A DNA stretch of 64,000 nt from Octopus sinensis. Taxonomy: Eukaryota. The notes below the pieces were generated by a model. It did no database searches. It was not told the DNA's origin and worked only from the letters and a program-made list of their open reading frames with translations. Made by a program: the position numbers and the translations under genes. Shown piece after piece: positions 12,055-22,859 of the stretch; position 1 is the first letter of the stretch; every line of letters starts with the position of its first letter. The stretch spans positions 88,412,001-88,476,000 of the forward strand of contig NC_042999.1 of NCBI RefSeq assembly GCF_006345805.1, given 5' to 3'.

Positions 12055-12470
12055 ATCGATCCTCCACCATAACAAGTGATGGAGAAAATGCCACCCATTT
12101 TCATCCAGTGAAATATAGAATGCTCTAAAACTGTTGGAGAATTATAATGCTCCAGGGAAAGACGTTATAACAACGGAAATATTAAGAAGCCGAAGAGAGC
12201 AGCTGCAAAAAATTCTTGTTCTATGTTACAATCGATATTTCAAAGAAGGGAAACTAAGCTCGCTATGGAAGGAGTCGAATATGATTTATGAGAAGGGTAA
12301 AAAGAACTATTGCTCTGTATGCCTCTGGTCTCGCGTCTACAGGCTCTTTACAAAAGTCATAGTCACCAGATTATCGAACCATTTCGACGTCCAACAGCAG
12401 AGAGAGCAAGTAGGTTTTAGGACGAACTACAGCAGAAGGGACTACGTATTCGTTATAATACCGATTCAGT
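12055..12470 (+). mobile_element. Inverted upstream RT segment of an RTE LINE
   Basis: ORF 12134-12478: NAPGKDVITTEIL..WKESNMIYEKGKKNYCSVCLWSRVYRLFTKVI..QQREQVGFRTNYSRRDYVFV = RT domains 0-2, opposite in orientation to the adjacent RTE 3' part. Confidence 0.8.
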
Positions 12471-12655
12471 ATTATTAAGATTGTTTCATGAACAGCCTCG
12501 TAAATCTCTGAGTAGAAATTTGTTGGGATTTTCTCAGCTTAATGAAATAGTATATTACTCTACTTTTGTTATTCGAGTACCATCTTTTGCAGTTTGTTTA
12601 GCAGCTATGTGCTTACTTGCGTGCGTGTGTATATGTATGTATGTATGTGCATGTA

Positions 12656-14187
12656 CAACCTTGGCCAAAAGTATTAGGCCAACCCAATGTTTTGGGGTTC
12701 TGCTATCTCAATGTTAATGAAACTCATGCACATAGTAGATTGTGGTATATTTCACAATAGGCATTAATTTTAATATCTGGTTGACCCTCATTTAGCATAA
12801 ATTACTGTTTTTATACTGTACTGTACATATGCAACCAATTATGAGTAAGACCAACGTCCAACATTAACTTATGTTTCCTTGATTATTTCAGAATTTTATA
12901 CTAAAATACATTGTAGATACAGTTAATAAGCAGTAAAATGCCTAAAACAAGGGAGTTGGGTGAGTGTAAGCGAGGTCAAATCGTAGATCATCATGAAGAT
13001 GGAATGTCTCAAAGGCAAATTGCTCAGAAGATGAAATGTTCTCGATGTGCTGTGAAAACGACCCTCAAGCACTTCAGAGAGACAAAACGTGTGAAGACAA
13101 TACAAAGAACAGGCAGAAAAAAGGTTACATCACCTCGTGATGATAGATCCATCATCCGTCAGTCGCTCAGAAACAGAAGAAAAACATCGTCGGAGCTCTG
13201 TGCGGACTTCAACAAGGCAGATACTTCAAAAATATCACCCAGAACTGTTAGAAGAAGGCTTGTAGAGTACGGTCTGAAAGGTTGTAAAGCCAGGAAGAGG
13301 CCATGGGTTTCTGAAGCGAATATGGAAAAAATCTGTGGGCCAAAAACCACTCAAATTGGACCAGTGAGCAATGGTCAAAAGTGATATGGTCTGATGAAAG
13401 TAACTATGAGGTAAGATAGTACATGTATTCAATCAACATATAAACTTAATGTAACTGGGTTGTTGCCCAAAATATATAAAGAAGTATCCGACATAAAGCT
13501 AATATTATTTTTCATATTCTTACTTGGGTTTTCAGTACATCTGGTGCAACTATTATGCGTCGCAGATGTGGGAAGCATTTAAGGTTGAATGTCTGGTACC
13601 AACCGTAAAAGATGGGAGTGGTTCTAACATGGTGTGGGCCTGCATGTCTGCCACAGACCCGGAGAATTGTTTTTATGTCAGGGAAGGATAAATTCAGCTA
13701 CCTCTGCTTCTATATTATCAGATATTTTAGAGCCATCAATTGCTAAATTGCATCCAGGAGTGTCGTAAAACAATGTTATCTTTCAACAAGACAACGCTCC
13801 ATGTCATACAGCAAAGAATACTCATTAATGGTTCAAGACACAGAGTATTATTCTCATGGACTGTCCAGTTCAAAGTCCCGATCGAACACCTAGATTCTTG
13901 GTGGAGCTATCAGGAACAGGAACACAACAATTGAAAATAAAGAGCATTTGTACCAAACGTTAAGAGAAGAATGGAGTAAAATTGCACCTAGCACCTGGAA
14001 GAAACTAGTTGATTCAATGCCTAACCGTATAAAAGCGGTAATCGATGCTAAAAGCGGGTCAACCAGATATCAACCCTAATGTATATTGTGAAATATGCCA
14101 TAATCTACCATGTGCATGAGTTTCATTAACATTGAGATAGCAGAACTCCAAAACATTGGAGTGGCCTAATACTTTTGGCCAAGGCTG
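12656..14187 (+). mobile_element. Tc1-family DNA transposon (DD34E), 1532 bp, decayed
   Basis: ~105-bp TIRs (ca[a/g]ccttggccaaaagtattaggcc...atttcacaata), TA on both sides. Confidence 0.95.
12938..14079 (+). pseudogene. Tc1 transposase pseudogene with a probable intron at 13411-13527
   Basis: MPKTRELGECKRGQIV HTH; WSDESNYE; ECLVPTVKDGSGSNMVWACMS; FQQDNAPCH; SPD; frameshifts and stops. Confidence 0.9.
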
Positions 14188-15374
14188 TATATATATATAT
14201 ATATATATATACACAAGGTTGCCAACCATCAATCCTCAAATGCCTGCACAGGTTGCCCCCACCCACAACATTATGCACCCTTGCAAAACTCTAATTTAGC
14301 TTCCATATACGAGATGTGCACACGCAGACGCACGCCAAACACTTATACGTACACACCCACACATACGCACACACATGTACACCCCCCCACACACACACAT
14401 ATTCACCAGCTTTACTTCTGCCATATTTAGACACTGCGGCCCCACCAGTTTCCGAAAAGGAAGTGTGGTCGCTGAACAACTGATATTCTTTGACAACACC
14501 ATGTGAACCACCTTGACCAATAGCAGCCTATCTTTTGGTAGCCATCTTGAACTTCCTGTATTTCTCCATTCGGCAATCCAAAGCCTGAAAGTGACGGGTT
14601 CCTGCTCGGGACCTGCGAAACTTTAAGTTGCATAGAACCGAATTGTTTTAAATCATATATGCGACTCCTACTTAACGTGTCCACACACTTGCCTACGCAC
14701 GCAGACACACGCAGACACACACACATATATAATTTAGGGGATTCTCTCGCCATAAAACTATCTTAATTGACTTCTTTTATCAACTTCTCTTAGTTTCATT
14801 ATATGCAAAATATACTAAATTAAAAATTCGATCTCGTGATTTGCTGGTCAAGGAATTATCCCGTATACAAAGGCTGATGTAACAAAATGAATCTTTCTAG
14901 CCTGTTATGCATTTTGATGTGCAATTCCCATGTTCACATAAACATTAGGTTATAGATTTCTGAAGTTCATTATCGAAGAAGCTCTACAATTACTGTTGTA
15001 TAATTAGTATGATACAGAACACATCACACTATCATTTCGTATACAAGCTAGATCATATGCATTTATCAATATAATTCACTGTAATTATCATGCTCTGAAT
15101 TGATGGCACTTACTAGTACACAATACTTCATCATCTTGCAGCTCATAGATGTAAATACAGCTGTGAAAACACCGTAGCAAGTGTTGTCACATACACGACA
15201 AAAGTTAATAGCTCCCAACACAATATCAGAATTACCAATATTACTTTTCACTGTGTGTGTATCAGCTGGAGTGATTGGGTAGACTGTGTAAAAACAATCT
15301 AACTTGGTAGGACAGTTGGTATTGGTTCCAGTGCAGCACTTACCTTTGTGTAGGGTTTCCATTTAAATTCGTTA

Positions 15375-16730
15375 GCAATCAAAGCTAAATGTTATAGAAA
15401 TTGCTAAGAAGACAAATAACCACGCTACTTGGTGTTTTAAAGAAACGTGAGATAGACTGGAAGCAGATAGCGTACAAACTTCAAACGATGCGAGTGTGCT
15501 GATGGAAATCAACCTTGAAAGAGGCCACAAATGGAGTATAAAGTTGCCGAGGAGATATTTGAAATTCATTAAGATGGAAAATGTTTATCTCCTGAATCAT
15601 ACGAATCAATGCGCAAAAGGAATCAAAGAGGAAATGTAAGATTTTAAAGCATGTGTCAAATGATGAACAAGGTTCATAGGATATATGATTTAGCACTTAC
15701 ATGGAGAACAAGGATTATACAAACGCTGCCTACTGATCTAGGTGATAGGATATTATCATTTCAGCAATTTATAATCAGAAATTGGTTGACGCGTGGTTAC
15801 AAGCTATCATCCATTGGAAACACGTCTTAATCTTGACATGTCAAACAAACGTACTTTCAACCGAATACTAGAAAAAACACTACCGGTAAAATCTACTGGA
15901 CATGAGAAAAACAGGTTTACTCTAAATTAAAATACGCACTTGTAATAGCCTTAGATTAAAATACCCGTATGTATAGCATTCATAATTGTTATACAAACAT
16001 GGAACGGCATTAACTGCAATGGATTTTCTTTAATTCATTCTTCTTTGACAAATGATTCTAAATTAAAAGAGATGATTGTTTTTAAGAGAAAATGTATGCC
16101 GTACCGAAAGAAATGCAGGCACATTACTGGTTGAAAGTCGTTGGATGATGAAAAAGGTTAAAGGAAGTTTCGAACCTGGTGATATATTGAAAGGAAAGTG
16201 TTGGCTCATCTTAGGTTATATCTGGCAAAATATTGTTGATAATGGCCGACCACAAAACAATGACATAGCGGTAATTTCTGTTGGATTTACAAGTATTTCT
16301 CAATAATTAGATGTTAATTTTCAATAAACCATTGAAAGACATTGTGGCGAGGAAATGGAGAGAATGGAGTGGGAAGTGCGATGAAGAGAGATCATGCACG
16401 AAAAGTGGAAGGAAATAATATATACATTCAAGAAATGTTGTATTTCTAATGTGTTGGATTGTACAGAAAATGAATATCTGTGGGATGATGATGGGAGTGA
16501 ACGACCGTGGTGATGAAGAAGAAGAAGAAAAAGGTGACGTTTATGAGAATGAGGATGATGATAGTGGTGGGAGTAACGACGACGACGGCGTTGGTGGTGA
16601 TGGTGGTCACGATGTTGATGATGATGCGCAGCCTATAATTACGGATAACGATGAGGAAGAATACTCGTATGATATCATTCACCCTGGTAATTATGCAAGT
16701 TTATTCAGTGCTGGAAATGATCAACTGTGA
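15375..16730 (+). pseudogene. pogo-superfamily (POGK-like) transposase remnant
   Basis: KLNVIEIAKKTNNHA (Brinker-type HTH), RTRIIQTLPTDLGDRILSFQQFII, KTLPVKSTGHEKNRFT, SKLKEMIVFKRK, DIAVISVGFTSISQ*LDVNFNKPLKD, acidic tail; TIRs not identified. Confidence 0.75.
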
Positions 16731-17399
16731 TTTTGCAGGAATGAAATTTGGTAATTGAAATATTTAAAATTTACCGTGTAATTGTAATTTAAAGCTATAT
16801 TGAATTTTAATTTCAGCTTTTCATTCACAAATAACGCTTACAAATTAATTTTCATTTATTGTCTTTGTAAAATAGCAAGTGTAAATATTCATAAGAGCTA
16901 CAGGACAATATTTACTTAGTAAGACGTTTGTTTTGATATGTATATTGTATAATTATTAATATCATAACAGTAATGGTGGATTTAGAGAAACATTATAGCG
17001 TTGAACAAAATTGATTTGTGGTATTTCTTCCGGCTGTTTAGGTTCTAAGTTGAAATTCCGCCAATGTCTGCTTTGCCCTTCATTATTACAGGATCGATAA
17101 AAATTACTGTTGAAAGTAGGGCAACATAATCGAATACATAAACCTTCCTTAAATTTGAGTCCTTTTACATAATTATTATTACTTTAGTACATTTTCCCAC
17201 TTTAGGCATTTAAGAAATTATTTGGGAGGAGGGGTTCTGCTACTGATATGGTACTTTGGATTCCGTCTTTTATCCCTGCCCTTCAAAAGTAGTATCTGTG
17301 TAATAGCCAAGCACTATAAATGTGGTCAATTAAATTTGAGTATCTGGAGAAATATGGTATATTCTTGTTTTATTTTGTTTTATAATCATATTTAAAACC

Positions 17400-17675
17400 T
17401 GAAGTATATTTGCCACTTAAATGTGGCTAACCCTTAAGGGTGGATGCTACTGTTGCTTGTAGCCCCAGGAGGATACCTCCTCCAGCTGGCTATTGCCACA
17501 CTTTCTGTGCCCTATCAGTATTTGCAAAGGGAAGCCATCCTTCCTATCTTCAATCTGACATGATACACACGGAGTCGAATTTCTGGGTATTGACCCGGGG
17601 CTACAAGCAACAGTAGCATCCACCCTTAAGGGTTAGCCACATTTAAGTGGCAAATATACTTCACATTGTCGTGCA
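17400..17675. mobile_element. Fold-back copy of the hammerhead-bearing repeat
   Basis: 17400-17466 and 17597-17663 are perfect reverse complements; the body is homologous to 21016-21225. Confidence 0.85.
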
Positions 17676-18761
17676 TATTTAAAACCGTCCTCAATCATCA
17701 CTTGCAATTAGAAAAAAAAATGGAAGATTAAGATGTTTTATCTTCAGTTTTCCCTGATATAACTCAAGGATGAATCTTTGTTTCTCAAACATTTACACAA
17801 AAATATCTCAAGATGTTTAAAAACACGAGTGTGTTTTTTATTTAAATTGATATATTTACAAATAGTAGTTTGTCATACCACCAAATACAACCCGCATCTT
17901 AGTTTACCATCTGGCAATAAGTTTTCTCAAGATTAGTCTAGAACCGAAGAATACATTTTTTACGTATGTTATTTAAAAGCTTCATAAAATTAGATCAGGC
18001 TTTCGTCTAAAAGCGTGTGAGAAGATTTCCGAAGAAATTCTTCCCCCATAAAACTACCAAAAATTGATCGCTCCACTTAAAGATTTCAGCGATAAAATTT
18101 GCACTCCGTTTATCAAAATAGTTTTCTAGATAGTCAAAAATATATTATTGTTGCATGATTTCATGATACCAATAAAACCTTACTTATTTCTAATAAATAC
18201 ACGTTAATTTCGTTGCCAACTGATTGTCTCTGATAAAATTCCTCGCTATCCTCTCTAGTATTGACAACTCCGTCTATAAATTCCGTTCGTAAGAATTTAT
18301 TACCCTGGAAATTAATACTAAAACTTCAGAATACATCGTATAAGAGATTATTTTTAAAAGGAAATGGAAAAGAATTCTAAATCCATCAATAAGATTAATC
18401 AATGAATTTAAAGCGAATCATTTGTATGAAGAATCATGGCTAAGTTTGTCTTGGAATATTTTTCAAGTTTCAAATTCCTTCATTTTGAATAGCTGTTAAT
18501 TGTTTTCTATATCTGAGGTCGACTGTCATATTTCATGTAGGGCAGTAAAGCTGACATAGCAAATGAACTCTTGATCAACAGCCATTTAAATATTTGAAAT
18601 ACGGACAAATGAATTGCTGTGTAACTTTAATCAAAAGCACATATACTCGCGCGCTTAAACATATAGACGTGCATACATAAAACATACATAGAAGTATTTT
18701 ATGTATGTATATATATGTGTGTTTGTGTGTACGTATATATAGTTATAGATGCATATAAGTA

Positions 18762-18799
<38 letters not shown>

Positions 18800-18801
<2 letters not shown>

Positions 18802-19087
18802 GGCGCATGGCTCAGTGGTTAGAGCATCAATCTTACGATCGTGAGGTTGTGAGTTCGAATCCCGGTACGGCCCGCGTGTTGTGTTCTTGAGCAAGACACT
18901 TTATTTCACGTTGCTCCAGTTCACTCAGCTGTAGAAATGAGTTGCGACATCACAGGTTATTCCCTTGGATAACACTGGTGGCGTAGAGCGGGGAGGCCGG
19001 TATGCATGGGCAACTGCTGGTCTTCCATTAACAGCCTTGCCCGGACTTGTGCAATCCCATGGTCAGTCATGACCGAAAGGGGTCTCA
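18800..19087 (+). mobile_element. tRNA-derived CORE-like SINE (family B); second copy ~51895-52225
   Basis: A box tggctcagtgg, B box gttcgaatcc, CORE-like ttcttgagcaagacactttatttcacgttgctccagttcactcagctgtagaaatgag; tail gcatgggcaactgctgg..caatcccatggtca. Confidence 0.85.
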
Positions 19088-19759
19088 GCATATATATATA
19101 TATGTATATATATGTATGTATATATATATGTATGTATGTATATATATATGTATATATATATATGTATATAATATATATATATATATGTATGCATGTATGT
19201 ATGTATGCATGCATGTATGTATGTGTGTGTATGTGCGTGTGTGTGTATGTATGTATATATGCGCGCTCGTGTGTGTATACATATATATATATATAACTGG
19301 AAAAGGGAAAGAAGAAAGTGTGTATACACATACATACAGACAGGTAGATAGACAGACAGATATCTAGATAGATAGATATTGAAAACTATTTCCAGTATTC
19401 AGTTTCCCAATTAGAAGAACTGGTTTTTGTTTAACTTAAACTTGCTTCAAAATAAAAACCACACTTAAATGTGGGTATGGCTGTGTGTATATGCGTATTT
19501 CTTTGCATACACACACACACACACACACACAACACACACACACATATATATATTATATATATATATATATTAAACGCACGCACCCTATTAAGTAAGATTG
19601 TTCTGTTTATCAAGTTAGCCTTGATATTAACTCTCACGCGACTCTGCATCTTTCTTTCTTTCTCTCCCATTCCCTTTTTCGTCTTTTTTCCCTCACTTAA
19701 CTTGTCTCTTCCTCTCTCTCTCATTCTTCATTCTCTCTCTCCCTTTCACCATTCTTCAT

Positions 19760-20385
19760 GGTCTCCTCGCACCATTCTCCTTCTTCTCTCTCTTCCTCTT
19801 GCTCCTCCTCCCCCATTCCCGTCGTCCATCTGCGACGATACTTCCGTCGTAACTGCTATCCTGTCTTTTCTCGCCCGCCTTCTAAGGCTACTGGTCGACA
19901 TTTTTTCTCTCTCGTCGTCCACTATAATCCAGCGTTTGCAATACTTTTTTCGTCTGGCGTTAACAGCCCTTCTTATCTTGTTCTCCTTGTCCTGTCTCTC
20001 ACTGTTATATATTTATTTTTCCACTGTTTATATATATATTTTTTACTGTTTATATGTTTGTACTGTCGTTACCGTCTTGCTTTTTTTACCCCTCTGCGAA
20101 AAGATCTCAGAATTTTAATTGATTTGCTTTTCGCAGGAAGGAAGTTTTCTTCGAAGTATACGTCTCGCTTTTATCCTTCGAAACGTTTAGTAGATGAAAC
20201 CTTAGCGACTGAAGAAGGGGATTTTTCGTTGTGCTTATTGTCCTGTATCTCTTTTTTTGCTTGTCTTTTTTTTTTTTTTTTTTGCTTGTCTTGTTCCTTG
20301 GTTTGTGTCTATGTTTTTCGTCTCTCTATGTGTTCGACGTCTTTTTGGTGTCCTGTACACATATATGCGTGTATATGTACATGTA
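19760..20385 (+). repeat. Unclassified repeat with a PLE-terminus-like end
   Basis: Ends actgaagaaggg..ttgtcctgt..cctgtacacatatatgc, resembling 63665-63780; flanked by microsatellites. Confidence 0.45.
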
Positions 20386-21015
20386 GAGGTAGGTACGTAC
20401 ATATATGTTTATATATATGCATATGTTCTATTTTATTAACATATATATATACATATATATGAAGAGAGAGAGAGAGAGAGAGAGAGGGGATGCAGAGTGA
20501 GGGAAATATTATATGCGTATGAAGAGAGAGATTTATTTATATATCTATCTGCATATGTGTATGTACACGCATACAAATATATAGGTATGTATATGTGTGT
20601 GTGCGTGCGTGTGCAAATATTGCATGTATGTTTAATAAATATGTTTCGTTTCACTGTGAACGTACATCCGGTAAATAAATTCCAGCAGTTTCGGTAGCTG
20701 GCACAAAGGAATTATCTCTCTGGTTTCGTTTTTTTTATTATTTTATTAAGATCGTAAGATCACTTATTTGACCACTGAACTGCTAAAGTAACAAATAATA
20801 TATCTTTTAAGAATAAGTTAATTAAACTATTTCTGACCTAAAGTCATTTGTGTAATAGCGCAAACTTGCACCATTGTATACATGACTTTAAAACAAAATG
20901 GTGAATCAAGATAATAACGTATGGCGTTGCACAAAATGGCGTCCAGTCATTATAAGGGTGAGTACATATGTATATATATACAATAATAAATCTCTGAACG
21001 AGGTATAAACAGTAG

Positions 21016-21262
21016 CTGCACGACAATGTGAAGTATATTTGCCGCTCAAATGTGATTAACCACTAAGGGTGGATGCTACTGTACCTTGTAACCCCAGGAG
21101 AACATCTTCTCCAGCTGGCTATTGACACACTTTCTGTGTCTTATCAGTATTTGCAAAGGGATGCCATCCTTCTTATCGTCCACCTGACGTGATACGCACG
21201 GACCCAGGTTTCTGGGTATTTACCCGTCGTCAGCGCACGACAATCACCGGTCTTCGATGCGA
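21016..21262 (-). mobile_element. Non-coding hammerhead-bearing mobile unit (retrozyme- or pLTR-like)
   Basis: Homologous to 17400-17675; gcacgacaat repeated at 21018-21027 and 21235-21244 (period 217 nt); abuts (TA)n. Confidence 0.75.
21189..21247 (-). ncRNA. Type I hammerhead ribozyme
   Basis: 5'-GUGAU UGU CGUGCG CUGACGA CGGG UAAAUA CCCA GAAA CCUGG GUC CGUGCG U AUCAC-3': full core, GUC site, stems I-III, U1.7 and a loop-2 terminal A. Confidence 0.85.
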
Positions 21263-21270
21263 TATATGTG

Positions 21271-21333
<63 letters not shown>

Positions 21334-21486
21334 ACATATATATATACATATATATATATATGTGTATATATATATACACACACATATATATATACATACA
21401 TATATATACACACACACATATATATATACATATATGCATAAGATAATAAAATTAGAATTGCGTTATAAACATAACTTTATATAGTT

Positions 21487-21490
21487 ATTA

Positions 21491-21550
<60 letters not shown>
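21487..21550. repeat. (TAA)n microsatellite
   Basis: Directly visible; flanks the R4/Dong element. Confidence 0.95.
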
Positions 21551-22852
21551 TGATAGCATTTCCCACACGCGGGTCCTCGAAACACTAGCCATGAAGTAGG
21601 TAGCACCAATAATTATCAAATACACAAAACACTATGAATAGATTGCCGACAGTGCTACAGCTCCAAACAAAAAAAAGAAACTCATGAAAACCAAAGCCAT
21701 TCTCATTTGAAGAGAAATATTCCAGGGAGACACGCTCTCTCCACTCCTTTTTATGCTTGGCACTGAGACCTTTATCTGACATGCTAATTAAAACTGGATG
21801 TGGATACAAATGTTACGGCAAAACAATCAGCCCCCTCTTATATATGAATGACCTAAAACTATACGCTACAAATGATAAACAGCTGGAAACACTACTACAG
21901 ACAGTATATGGACTTACTAAAGAAATAAATATGAAATTGGGCTAAGAAAATGTACCAAAGCAACCTTCAAAAGAGAAAAACTAGTTAAGAGTAGCAACAT
22001 CACATTAGATAAAACCAATGACATAAGAGAATTAGACCAAAGACTGTCATAGAAATATTTAGGAATCAATGAACTAGATAAAATACAACACACACAAATG
22101 AAAGAGAAAATAAAGAAAGAATACTATAGACGAGTTAGATCAATACTGAAAACAGAGCTCGATGCTAAAAACAAGATAATAGGCATGAACACTCTAGCCG
22201 TCCCAGTTGCAGCTACAATATCCTTAACTGGACACTAAATGAACTAACTAAAATAGACAGGAAAACAAGAAAAATAACGACAGTATCTAGGATGTATCAC
22301 CCAAAATCTGACATAGAAAAGCTATATATACAACGTATAGAATGTTGTAGAGGCCTTATACAGCTGGAAAACTATTATAAAATAACCACCATAGGATTGC
22401 AAAAATACCTACTTCAGAAGCAAGGAAAACTAATACAAATAGCCACAAAACACGATCTAAACAAAAAACTGTTTTCAGTATTTAAGGAAGCTGACAAATA
22501 CAAACAAGAAGTCATACTACCTAACAAATATGAAGAAGAAGAAGAAGAAGAAGAAGAAGAAGAAGAAGAAGAAGAAGAAGAAGAAGAAGAAGAAGAAGAA
22601 GAAGAAGAAGAAGAAGAAGAAGAAGAAGAAGAAGAAGCAACAAAAGCTATAAAACAAATAAAAATCAAACTAAAACTAGAACGACAACGGTCCTTGATAA
22701 AACGATGGCAAGAAAAGTCCCTGCATGGCAAATACTGAGCTAAAATAAGCGCAAAAGAAATAGACAGAGAAAAATCTCAGCAATGGCTCAGTAGTGAAGT
22801 GAAAGCACCTTATAAAAATAACAAAATACTGAATAGTAATAATAATAATAAT
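21551..22852 (+). mobile_element. R4/Dong-clade non-LTR retrotransposon fragment, 5'-truncated
   Basis: IFQGDTLSPLLF, LLYMNDLKLYA, KYLGINE, MYHPKSDIEKLYIQRIECCRGLIQLE, WQEKSLHGKY; (TAA)n on both sides; (GAA)35 at 22532-22636. Confidence 0.8.
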
Positions 22853-22859
22853 TGACTCT

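Larger units (their letters stand above)
8343..12060 (-). mobile_element. RTE-clade LINE, 3' portion (RT to C-terminus), split by the LTR element at 8454-11213
   Basis: Minus strand: IRVLIEKNVK*SDNISPKLFTACLE, YQFADDIVLI, YVSLGQ..EIRRRGRAGSKAFASIKVML..LFNSNALP, then NRWSNAVVKWY..; reading continues across the LTR insertion site. Confidence 0.85.

Noticed and set aside
12845-12891. Second (5'-UTR) intron in the Tc1 element
   Set aside because: GTAAGA..TTTCAG is present, but the span is only 47 nt and no coding context supports it
15066-15362. Cys-rich 98-aa minus-strand ORF as a novel gene
   Set aside because: No recognisable domain; several ORFs of this length are expected by chance; it contains a strong donor-like AAG|GTAAGT near its start and abuts a pogo remnant
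17400-17663. Ordinary MITE with 67-bp TIRs
   Set aside because: The second copy (21016-21262) is not palindromic, the right arm extends 12 nt beyond the left, and there is no TSD
18800-18875. Functional tRNA gene
   Set aside because: A and B boxes are present, but the sequence runs directly into a CORE-like SINE body and tail; it is a SINE head
21018-21244. gcacgacaat as a target-site duplication
   Set aside because: The same sequence flanks the other copy at 17664-17675, so it belongs to the element
18957-21484. Long Y/I/H/T/C-rich ORFs (also 42893-43340, 46929-48133, 4557-5264)
   Set aside because: Stop-free translations of (TA)n, (CA)n, (GA)n and trinucleotide repeats
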